A stretch of 64,000 nt of DNA, from the NCBI GenBank assembly GCA_019057815.1, contig JAHLWR010000011.1:32001-96000 (forward strand), given 5' to 3'. The position numbers were made by a program, and so were the translations under genes. Below, one piece after another: positions 37,981-47,060 of the stretch. The notes beneath the pieces were generated by a model. The model was not told the DNA's origin. It searched no databases and saw only the letters and a list, made by a program, of their open reading frames with translations. Position 1 is the stretch's first letter. Each line of letters starts with the position of its first letter. This DNA comes from Candidatus Heimdallarchaeota archaeon (GTDB lineage Archaea > Asgardarchaeota > Heimdallarchaeia > Heimdallarchaeales > Heimdallarchaeaceae).

Positions 37981-38637
37981 GTGTCCATCATTGAAGATTT
38001 TCAAATATATCTAAACGACAAAGAGATTCTTCGATTATTGAGGGGTGGGAATTCAACTAAAGCTAGAAATAGAGAGGTACCACAAGATTTACTTCATGAA
38101 ATCAAAGAAATGAAAGAAATTGCAATAGATCTAATCAAACCTAGGGGAATATATAACATCTTTAACAGCAGAAATTTAGTACCTCGTTTTCTTTTTGAAA
38201 AGTCAGAAAGAACTGTTTTGGCTGTTTGTACTATAGGAGAAAATTTAGAAAAAAGGTGTTCAGAGTTTATTAAAAGAGGAAAACTTTCAAACGGAGTCAT
38301 TTTAGATGCAATTGCATCACATGCAGCAGAAGAAACAGCTGAATATGTAAATCAAAAGATATTAGAAGAGATTGTGCAAGAAACAAAAGGAAAAGAAATA
38401 ACCTACAGATTTAGTCCAGGATATTGCAAATGGTCTTTAGAAGAAGGACAAAAGCTAATTTTTAATTTCTTACAAACAGCATCAATTGAAGTATCCCTGA
38501 CTAAATCTATGATGATGAGGCCTGTTAAATCAGTATCCTTTGCAATTAATACAGGATTAGAAGTAGACAAAGAACTTGGAATAAAAAACTGTGAAACATG
38601 CGACCTGATTAATTGTGCTTATCGAAAAGTAAAGTAA
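37981..38637 (+). CDS. Stand-alone methionine-synthase reactivation (SAM-binding) domain protein
   Basis: VCTIG, LDAIAS.AAE, RFSPGY, M.PVKSVS and C-terminal CETC...C.YR. GTG start follows GAGGT. Confidence 0.85.
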   Translation: MSIIEDFQIYLNDKEILRLLRGGNSTKARNREVPQDLLHEIKEMKEIAIDLIKPRGIYNIFNSRNLVPRFLFEKSERTVLAVCTIGENLEKRCSEFIKRGKLSNGVILDAIASHAAEETAEYVNQKILEEIVQETKGKEITYRFSPGYCKWSLEEGQKLIFNFLQTASIEVSLTKSMMMRPVKSVSFAINTGLEVDKELGIKNCETCDLINCAYRKVK

Positions 38638-38963
38638 TCTACTAAAAGATAGATCAAATATTGATGCAATAATATCAAAACCAAGTAACCTTGATTTAAT
38701 AAAAAAATATTCATCTATTGCATAATACTAAAACGCTTAGTAGTATTTAATCTCAAAATTCAACTCGTCTGATCTTCTTTTGGCTTTCGGTTCAAGTAAA
38801 AGAATTTTGGAGATGTTATAGCTACATTATTTTCATCAACATGTTTTTGTAATATTGTCAGTCTTTTAAGGAACTGGAATTGTTTCCATGCCAAGTTATT
38901 TCCAAGATATTGTTCCACCAGAGGAAAACAGATGAAAAAAAGTATAGAAAAGAGCTATATAGT

Positions 38964-40226
38964 TCATCTTCTTCTTTTGTATACAGAAGAAAGTAAACAA
39001 ACATTAACGATAAGGCTAAAAACCACGAATAATATTGGAAATGAGCTTTTTTCTGTTGTTGAAGATACTGTTTCAGACGAAGTAGTTAGAGTAGTAACTA
39101 TCGGTTCACCAAGAGGCCAAGGATCAATAGAACCAGCAGAACCATCAATCAAATAAGGAATTGTTGAATAATCTGACCAGTAATTACCTTTGTTTGAGGT
39201 TTTATCATACCAAGTGTTATTTGATCCACCATCAAAAGCTTGAGGTCCTTGAGTAATATACAAATTATTATCAACAAATTCATTATGGTGAATAATATTA
39301 TCTACTGAGTATTCATCAATATAAGCTCCGTAATCGTAATTTCGGTTAAACAGATTATGTCTAATAACATTAGAATCAGCATCCATTAGTTTAATGCCGT
39401 TTTTGTTGTTACTACAATCATTGTAAGCAATGGTTGAACAACTATAACCAAGTAGTTTAATACCATAGTAGTTGTTGTTGCTGCACGTGTTGTTCATAAC
39501 AGTAGAGTGATAGTAGAAATGAACGATTGAATAAAGGTAAATTCCAATATCACCTTCGTTAAAAGTGTTATTTATAATAATAGAGGAAGCTTGAAGTAAT
39601 TTTATTCCCCACTTATTATAAAAGCAATCATTGTCAAAAACATAGCAGCTTTCCAAATATAAAAGAGCAATTCCTTCGAAAGTATTACCCCCACAAGTAT
39701 TTTTCTCAATTGAACAATTTTCTGAATTATGAAGTTCAATACCTACATAATTACTGAGGCAGGTGTTGTTAACTATAGTGGAATTGGAACTATCAGAGAG
39801 ATAAATACCTGCATAATTGCTGCTTACACATGTATTGTTATTGATTATTGCGGTTCCTACAGATATTGATTCAATATGAATACCGGAAAAAGCATATTCA
39901 ATGAAACAATGCTGGATAATGAAATGTTTAGTTACATTGTAAACTAGAATACCGTAGTATCCATAAGCTGTAATGGTAATGGTATAGCCTTCAATGACAT
40001 AAGGATCAATTTCTGTGCCTGAACCAGGAAAACCATAATCGGTGAAATTCGCATCACAGATAATCTCTATCCTTTCGTGAGGAGTTAAAGCGGAGAAAAC
40101 ATCAAGGTTTATATCATAAACGCTTATTTTGGAATTTGTTGCTACAGAATTAAGGAGAAGTGAAAGAATCAAGGTGCAACTTATGGAAATTTTCAAAGCT
40201 AATTTTATTGATGATTTTACTTTCAT
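38964..40226 (-). CDS. CASH/NosD beta-helix surface protein with C-terminal anchor
   Basis: GSGT..DPYVI, beta-helix repeats, GNYWSDY, S/T-rich linker, TM plus KRRR. Confidence 0.88.
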   Translation of the reverse strand: MKVKSSIKLALKISISCTLILSLLLNSVATNSKISVYDINLDVFSALTPHERIEIICDANFTDYGFPGSGTEIDPYVIEGYTITITAYGYYGILVYNVTKHFIIQHCFIEYAFSGIHIESISVGTAIINNNTCVSSNYAGIYLSDSSNSTIVNNTCLSNYVGIELHNSENCSIEKNTCGGNTFEGIALLYLESCYVFDNDCFYNKWGIKLLQASSIIINNTFNEGDIGIYLYSIVHFYYHSTVMNNTCSNNNYYGIKLLGYSCSTIAYNDCSNNKNGIKLMDADSNVIRHNLFNRNYDYGAYIDEYSVDNIIHHNEFVDNNLYITQGPQAFDGGSNNTWYDKTSNKGNYWSDYSTIPYLIDGSAGSIDPWPLGEPIVTTLTTSSETVSSTTEKSSFPILFVVFSLIVNVCLLSSVYKRRR

Positions 40227-40298
40227 AAGAGCACATTCCAGTGTACTAAATATATTCTTTTTTCTTGCTAATAAATGATTCTAAATGAAAGTTTAAAA

Positions 40299-40468
40299 GC
40301 ATGTCCCAAAACCTCCTAATCACCTCTAGAGGGTCTGAGCGTACAAAAGAAAGGTGTACCTGAGAAAAGGGCAAAGTAAAGTTCTGAGTTTATTTCTTCC
40401 TTTCTCCGCTAAAAGATCTTTCTCCCTTAGAGACGCTCTAATCATCTTATACTATTTTTAGGACATGC
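40299..40468. mobile_element. 170-bp MITE with GCATGTCCYAAAA terminal inverted repeats
   Basis: GCATGTCCCAAAA...TTTTAGGACATGC. Its two halves match 52408-52503 and 55615-55693. Confidence 0.8.
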
Positions 40469-40588
40469 CTAAATTAGTGAAAATTGTTACAGCATTTTGA
40501 TTAGATAAAAACTTGATTCTCTTAGTCAACAACACACTCCTTGAATATTTGATTATCTTTATAATCGTAATTTAATATCTAATAAATA

Positions 40589-41794
40589 ATGATAAGGAAG
40601 ACAAAAAAAACTAAATATTTAATTGTGGTGCTTGTAATTATTCTCATATTACTAAATTCTAGAAGTTCTTATCAAAGTACTAATTATAAATACTCTGCAA
40701 TCCCTAAACCAATGTCACCAAGCACCTCCCTTTCTGAGTCGCTAATTTTCTATATCCTTTCACCTGAGAATGATTCTGTCTTCTTTGACCAACCTATTTT
40801 TACATATTATATTTCAACTATGGAAGCCGCTTTGTCATTTTGGTTGAATGGATCAATAGTTGCTAATCTTGTAAATAACTCCATCCTTCCTTTGACATAC
40901 AGAGGATGGTACAACTTGACTGGCGTTGCAATCTTTAATAGCAGTATTATTACGCATCAGGTTATTTTTGGATATTTTCCTGATCTATCAGTTAATGTAA
41001 ACTATACTGCTTGTTACCTTAACACATGGCGCCATATTTATGGATATGAAAGCGATTCTATCCCTACCTATGGTATTAATGAAATAATAACCTTATTTGT
41101 TCAACCAAATGAGAAAAAAGAAACATTGAATATCACAATTGAATACGGAAGGGTACAAGATGTCTTACCCTTAGATGAAGGAAATTATACTTGGGTTAAT
41201 AGCACTACACTACAAATAACAATAGAACCTCTAATAAGAAACTATCCAATGCCTAGTTATCTTACCCATAAAATGATCTTTAATATGAGTTCAATACTTC
41301 CTAATAGTTATAATAGCCAAGACTTTTACTTCTATCGAAATGTTGTGCCACCTCAGATAATCCCATTCGAGTACGAAAAATTTCTTATTGCTACCCTCTC
41401 AGGTGCAGCTTACGGTCATTTTTATATTTGGTCAATGATTTCCGAATTGGTTAATATATCTATATATTTAGATGGTTTTCTGATCCTTGAAGAGTACAAT
41501 AAAAACGGTTTCAGAATAGAGTATTTTACGATAATTATTGACACTACTCTGTACTCCAATGGTAATCATACATTAGAGATCCTTGTTACAGATTTCTTCA
41601 ATCTAACTTCGAAAGTAGAATATATTCTTGATTTCTTTAATCATGAATCAACAAATAGTACGACAGAAATAATAACTAATAATGGATCATCATCTTTAAC
41701 ATGGCTTTACTACCTCATAGGTTTCTATTGTTTAAGTGTGTTGGCTATTTTAATATTTCGTCGATATTACATCAGGCGAAAAAAACAAGCCTAA
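40589..41794 (+). CDS. Secreted Ig-like-domain surface protein with C-terminal anchor
   Basis: Signal peptide, IDTTLYSNGNHTLEILVTD Ig-like motif, many NxS/T sequons, TM plus basic tail. Confidence 0.7.
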   Translation: MIRKTKKTKYLIVVLVIILILLNSRSSYQSTNYKYSAIPKPMSPSTSLSESLIFYILSPENDSVFFDQPIFTYYISTMEAALSFWLNGSIVANLVNNSILPLTYRGWYNLTGVAIFNSSIITHQVIFGYFPDLSVNVNYTACYLNTWRHIYGYESDSIPTYGINEIITLFVQPNEKKETLNITIEYGRVQDVLPLDEGNYTWVNSTTLQITIEPLIRNYPMPSYLTHKMIFNMSSILPNSYNSQDFYFYRNVVPPQIIPFEYEKFLIATLSGAAYGHFYIWSMISELVNISIYLDGFLILEEYNKNGFRIEYFTIIIDTTLYSNGNHTLEILVTDFFNLTSKVEYILDFFNHESTNSTTEIITNNGSSSLTWLYYLIGFYCLSVLAILIFRRYYIRRKKQA

Positions 41795-41803
41795 ATATCT
41801 CAA

Positions 41804-42268
41804 TTACTTATTATTAACACAAATAAATGAAACTAAATAGATTGTCCAACATGGTATACTGATCATGTTCCAGAGATGATAGAAGGATAAGAGAAGTTGC
41901 ACCATACTAGCACCCCACATCACTCCGAAAATGAATCCTGTTGTGATATAGTATTTTCGATCAAAGGTAAGCGTCATTTTTACCCACAAAATCCAGTAAA
42001 CGATGAAAATGAAGACAAAACATGATACGCAAAACGTAATCCATTTGGGATTTATCAGTTGTTCTGTAGTAGCAATGGGTTGATTCAACATATGTTCTAA
42101 AGTGCCAGTTATTGCAGAAATAATATTACAAAACGTGAAATAAATAAGCGCTCGAGTCCAAGCTACACTTGGTTTCCAAATGGTTACAGGGAGCTTACGA
42201 TATCTAATGATGTAAAATGAGATTAGAATTAATGCAACAATTGACATAATTATGGTGTAGAGCCGCAT
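41804..42268 (-). CDS. Hypothetical membrane protein, possibly truncated
   Basis: Four to five hydrophobic segments. Confidence 0.55.
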   Translation of the reverse strand: MRLYTIIMSIVALILISFYIIRYRKLPVTIWKPSVAWTRALIYFTFCNIISAITGTLEHMLNQPIATTEQLINPKWITFCVSCFVFIFIVYWILWVKMTLTFDRKYYITTGFIFGVMWGASMVQLLLSFYHLWNMISIPCWTIYLVSFICVNNK

Positions 42269-42375
42269 CCTTTTTCACATTTTAATAAAACCTTATAATT
42301 GTTCTCCAGTAGTAAATAATATTTTTAAGATATAGCACATATGTACATGTAATTCAAATACTGAAGTGAAACCTA

Positions 42376-43818
42376 ATGAGACCAGCTCTTAATGTTTTGG
42401 AAGATGAATTAAAAGAAAAAGTTGTAATAGAAGCAATTGAAATCCTTGAAGAAATAGGTTTCTTTGTTGAAAATCAGGATGCAATTGAAATATTAAAGAA
42501 TGAAGGAGTTAAAGTTGAACAAAATCGAGCCATTATACCACAAGATTTAGTTAAAAAGGCTCTAAAAACTGCTCCTTCTTCTATATCGCTATTTGATCGA
42601 GAAGGGAAAGAAGTATCAAAACTTGAAGGAGATAACATTTGTTTTGACCCTGGATCAGCTGCTTTGAATGTTCTTGACACAGAAACTAACGAAATTCGTC
42701 AAGCAGTTACTAAGGATTTTATTGATTTCACAAAAATTGTTGAGCAATTAGAACATATACATGCTCAAAGTACAGCTATTGTATGTTCTGATGTTCATGA
42801 AGAGGTAGGTGATAGTTATCGTCTTTATCTTGCTCTAATTTATTCGAAAAAACCAATCATTACAGGGACATTTCGAAAAGAATCATTTGAAACAATGAAA
42901 AATATGCTTATCTCAATCCGAGGAGACGAGAAAAGATTAAGAGAAAAACCTTTGGCTATTTTTGATGCATGTCCATCTCCACCGTTAAAATGGAGTGATT
43001 TAACTTGTCAAAGTGTAATTGACTGTGCTAAATATGGAATTCCCTCTGAATTTGTTTCAATGCCCATGACTGGTGCAAATGCTCCTGTTACAATTCTTGG
43101 ATCGATTGTCCAACATGCAGCTGAAACCCTAGCAGGATTAGTGATATCTCAGTTAGTTTCGCCAGGAGCTCCAGTTATTTGGGGAGGATCTCCTGCGGCT
43201 TTTGATATGAGAAAAGGAACAATATATTTAGCTTCTGTTGACACTATTCTTATTGATTTAGGTTATGTAGAAATTGGCAAATACCTCAATCTTCCTACTC
43301 ATACTTATCTTGGTATGTCTGATGCCAAAATACTCGATATGCAATCTGGTTTTGAGACAGGAATGGGAGCTTTATTAGCAGGAATAAAAGGGGTAAATAT
43401 GATCTCTGGAGCAGGAATGATGAATTTTGAATCAACTCAAAGTATTCAAAAAGTAGTAATCGATAATGACATTGCAGGAATGACATATAAATTTGTTAGT
43501 GGCATTACTCAAAGAGATGAACCAATAGCAAAGGATTTACTCAAGGAATTCGATGAAAAAACACATCTATTATCACATGACCATACACTGAAGTGGTTCA
43601 GAGAAGAGCTTTATTTGCCAAGTACAGTTGTTGATCGATCAACAGAAGAAGAATGGATAAGTAAGGGGAGAAAATCTATTGGACAAAGAGCAAAAGAAAG
43701 AGTAGAAAAATTACTTTCTAAATATCCTGGAATATCCATTGAAAAAGATATTATTAATGATTTGACAAATATAATGAAATATAATAAAATGGATTCTATC
43801 CATTTTGTTGATAAATAA
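42376..43818 (+). CDS. MttB-superfamily (non-pyrrolysine) corrinoid methyltransferase, MtgB-like
   Basis: SPPLKW, GANAPVTILG, PGAPVIWG, SDAKILD.QSGFE and GAGM motifs. No in-frame TAG. Confidence 0.92.
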   Translation: MRPALNVLEDELKEKVVIEAIEILEEIGFFVENQDAIEILKNEGVKVEQNRAIIPQDLVKKALKTAPSSISLFDREGKEVSKLEGDNICFDPGSAALNVLDTETNEIRQAVTKDFIDFTKIVEQLEHIHAQSTAIVCSDVHEEVGDSYRLYLALIYSKKPIITGTFRKESFETMKNMLISIRGDEKRLREKPLAIFDACPSPPLKWSDLTCQSVIDCAKYGIPSEFVSMPMTGANAPVTILGSIVQHAAETLAGLVISQLVSPGAPVIWGGSPAAFDMRKGTIYLASVDTILIDLGYVEIGKYLNLPTHTYLGMSDAKILDMQSGFETGMGALLAGIKGVNMISGAGMMNFESTQSIQKVVIDNDIAGMTYKFVSGITQRDEPIAKDLLKEFDEKTHLLSHDHTLKWFREELYLPSTVVDRSTEEEWISKGRKSIGQRAKERVEKLLSKYPGISIEKDIINDLTNIMKYNKMDSIHFVDK

Positions 43819-43860
43819 TTTCTAACTAAAGCAAGAGAAAGCCTTTATTCAAGCAACCAC

Positions 43861-45135
43861 TTAGAACAATAAGCTCTTTAATACTTTGACAAGTTCTCCA
43901 GCCCAACTTAACCAAGGATTTTCAGTTGCATACAAAGCAATTTGCATATATTTACTACATACAGTATGGATAAAATTTTGTATTTCATTACTATTAACTT
44001 CATAGACAGTTCTAGTTCTTCCAGCAAAAGAACCTTTGGGGATAAGACCAAAAGACATGTGTTTATAGAAGTTCTCCTTTGTTAGTTTTCCATATATAGC
44101 TTTATTCCAAATCTGATTACGCAATGTTTCTTCTTCTTGTTTATACCAACAAACAAAGATTTCAAATAAATCATTAAATACCAGATTAATAATCCTTCCA
44201 AGTCTTTCTAATAACCAACCAACTTCAAATTCATTTAGAGAAATCGTAAGTCCAGGATTTTTTTGATTGAGTTTAGCTTTGTTTAACCTATTTACCCAGT
44301 TTTTATGCATACCTATTATTCTAGTTTTTCCTTTCTTATTCAACCAAGGAGCTTCAAGAAGCTTGTCTTTAATAATATCAAGAGATTTCTCATTTCTAGC
44401 CTTTATTTGGAATGTATAATAAGTATAATCACCTTCTTCATTTCTTAAAATAGAAGCAATGTAATTAGCTTGATTTCTCTTAACAATATATTCTAAGTAA
44501 TTACCTTTTTGTTTCAATCTGTAAAGACCTTTTTGATTTTCTATCGTAAAAAGTTTTTTTGATTGCTTACCTTTTGTGAATTTTCTAATTATAGTAATGT
44601 AACATGGAACTTCATCTTTCTTAGCGAAAGTTTTTGTATCAAACCAATCAGCTCTAATAAGATTCTTTCTATCTATTCTCCTATTGCCAGATTCTTTACT
44701 TACTGTGAAAGTTTCATCTACAATTGTGTAAATTCTATTTTTCGCATCACCACTAAATAATTTATATGATTCATTAAAGACATCATTATTTCTCATTAAA
44801 TTAGCAATATCAAACATTGGATCTACCAATTGTTGAAACATTTCTAAATTTTCATCAAATAGTTTTTGTGCAATTTTCTTTTTCCTAAAATTATATGAAC
44901 CATCTGCAAAAAAGGTTCTAGTTGGCATTTCACCATAACCCTCAAAATAACTTCTAGTATATTTATCAGCATCCCCAAATATACCTTCTAAAATAATAGG
45001 TTCATCAGCATTTAATGCTCTACTTGTGAATTTCTCATATGAAGTTTGGAACCATTCAGAATTTTGTATTTCAGCATCTATGGAACTATTTCCAGTTCTA
45101 AATGTGAAATAGAACACTCCATCTAAACCTAACAT
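43861..45135 (-). CDS. Hypothetical protein (island)
   Basis: 424-aa ORF with GAGGTGA SD. No family recognised. Confidence 0.7.
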   Translation of the reverse strand: MLGLDGVFYFTFRTGNSSIDAEIQNSEWFQTSYEKFTSRALNADEPIILEGIFGDADKYTRSYFEGYGEMPTRTFFADGSYNFRKKKIAQKLFDENLEMFQQLVDPMFDIANLMRNNDVFNESYKLFSGDAKNRIYTIVDETFTVSKESGNRRIDRKNLIRADWFDTKTFAKKDEVPCYITIIRKFTKGKQSKKLFTIENQKGLYRLKQKGNYLEYIVKRNQANYIASILRNEEGDYTYYTFQIKARNEKSLDIIKDKLLEAPWLNKKGKTRIIGMHKNWVNRLNKAKLNQKNPGLTISLNEFEVGWLLERLGRIINLVFNDLFEIFVCWYKQEEETLRNQIWNKAIYGKLTKENFYKHMSFGLIPKGSFAGRTRTVYEVNSNEIQNFIHTVCSKYMQIALYATENPWLSWAGELVKVLKSLLF

Positions 45136-45204
45136 ATGAGCTTCACCTCTAGGATTATTCAGATAAGGATGAAATCGATATGTATTATTTGTTTTAGAGA
45201 GTGG

Positions 45205-46932
45205 TTAAGGATTAGCTGTGAAAAAAGCCAAATCAGTTTCATAAACAAAATCCTCTGTTACAATTTCATTCCATTTTGCAAGTTTCTTACCATTTCTAAT
45301 ATCATTAGCAAATCGTGTCTTTATTTCAACAATCAAATCTTGTTTATGCTTGAAATAATATTCTTCTGTACAAACTATTCCATTATCATCTGACAATATT
45401 ATACTTTCAGGAATATCAAAGTCTGTGATGAATATTCTGTAGTACTCTGGTTCAAGACCTAAGGAAACCATGAAATTTGTATCTTCAGATAAAATAAACG
45501 AATAGTATCTATCTACTACTATAGTTTCATTTGGGAATTCTGGTGAATATACATTTGAAGGTTCCATAAACACAGGATTATCGTCTTCAAATATCCTGAA
45601 ATCTCTATCATATATTGTTCTAGAAATAGTACCACTGTGGCAGTTAAATTTGAAAGTATAGCTTCTTTTTGGCAAATATATAACATGTTTATAATTGTTT
45701 AAATCACCAGTATAATCAAGTATGAATCCATTTTCCATTAATCCTTCAAAGAAACATTGTTCTCTGACTGCATCAATAAGTGATTCTTGAAGTGTTTTTC
45801 CACTTGAATCGGGTACAATTTCATGTAAGGGAAATATTTGTCCTTTGTTGCTCTTTTCCCAGCTCTTAGCTAACATATTTAATTGATCATTAAATTGGTT
45901 AAGTTTTGTAATACCATCATTTCCTCTACCAAAAGTTGTATACATACTAAAACCCGTATCCGCTATGAATTCCAATTCACCATTCTTTGAAATTTTGCAT
46001 GCACCAACAGGGAGACCATCGATTGAATATATTTTTTCAATAGATTGTCGAAAACTGGAACTCATTTGCCTTTTGATGTTACATGGTTGCAACCAATCTC
46101 TTGTGTTGCTAGTTCTCCATTTAAGTTCAATAGGATTATATCTACTAAGCTTCTTAAATCCAGTACCTTCTTCTACCGTTATAATAAGAAGATCATATCC
46201 TTGACCACTACCAATAGATACATGATTTAAACCACATGCTAAATTATTAGTATCCAAATATTCGCTAATTTTGGCCAAACTAGGATGTTCTAGATCTGAA
46301 GACATTTCTGCAGAACTTGCTAGAAATATAATCAATTCAGATAGATGTTCTTTTTCATTGGTTGTTAAAACACTATTATTTCTAAAATTGCTGAGAAGTT
46401 TTAAGAAATATGATTCTGATACTTCATTTAATACTTTATTTGGCAACATATCTTCTTTTATAGCAGCTTTCAAAGAATGAACGAATTCATCGAAAGGATT
46501 TTTAACATTTATGTCCAACATGCTTAGAAGTTTAGTTGAGAAAATGTTAAATCCCGTTCCATCTTCAGTCCCTTTCTTTGCATAGGAAATTAGTTTTTTA
46601 GAAAAATCGATTTCTACATTGTTGTCATGTCCATCATCCTTAAACGGCTCTATTTCGTGTTCTAATGTTTTATGTTGTTTGTAGTGGAGAGACTGTTCAT
46701 ATGAAAATTCTAACTCATTTAATTGTGACCATGTTAAATGTGAAAGGTCGGGTAATTTGAATCGTTTTCTCATCCATGTAATTTGTTTCTTTACTTGTTC
46801 TATGATTGTTAGCTCTTCTTGTATTTCATTTATTATCTCTTCATAGAATTCATCAATTACTTTTTTTGTAATGCTTTTTATTTCGTTTCTCGTCCTTTCT
46901 AAGTTAACCATCTTCATACTATTATCCGACAA
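45205..46932 (-). CDS. Hypothetical protein with possible PD-(D/E)xK nuclease motif
   Basis: 575-aa ORF with GYDLLII...NPIELKW. Confidence 0.55.
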   Translation of the reverse strand: MSDNSMKMVNLERTRNEIKSITKKVIDEFYEEIINEIQEELTIIEQVKKQITWMRKRFKLPDLSHLTWSQLNELEFSYEQSLHYKQHKTLEHEIEPFKDDGHDNNVEIDFSKKLISYAKKGTEDGTGFNIFSTKLLSMLDINVKNPFDEFVHSLKAAIKEDMLPNKVLNEVSESYFLKLLSNFRNNSVLTTNEKEHLSELIIFLASSAEMSSDLEHPSLAKISEYLDTNNLACGLNHVSIGSGQGYDLLIITVEEGTGFKKLSRYNPIELKWRTSNTRDWLQPCNIKRQMSSSFRQSIEKIYSIDGLPVGACKISKNGELEFIADTGFSMYTTFGRGNDGITKLNQFNDQLNMLAKSWEKSNKGQIFPLHEIVPDSSGKTLQESLIDAVREQCFFEGLMENGFILDYTGDLNNYKHVIYLPKRSYTFKFNCHSGTISRTIYDRDFRIFEDDNPVFMEPSNVYSPEFPNETIVVDRYYSFILSEDTNFMVSLGLEPEYYRIFITDFDIPESIILSDDNGIVCTEEYYFKHKQDLIVEIKTRFANDIRNGKKLAKWNEIVTEDFVYETDLAFFTANP

Positions 46933-47060
46933 ATGCTATTTAAAGTAAGGAAAAAAAGAAAGAAAGCAGTAGTCAATTGATACTCTAATCCTTATTCATT
47001 GTGGTGTTACCATATAATCCCGTTTAGATGAGTTTTATGTTTTATTAGTGTAATTCTGCA

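Noticed and set aside
38640-38935. Possible gene remnant on the minus strand
   Set aside because: Short open stretches with several stops and no recognisable family.
42376-43818. Pyrrolysine-containing trimethylamine methyltransferase
   Set aside because: No in-frame TAG; Met or Leu occupies the equivalent position; no pyl genes seen.
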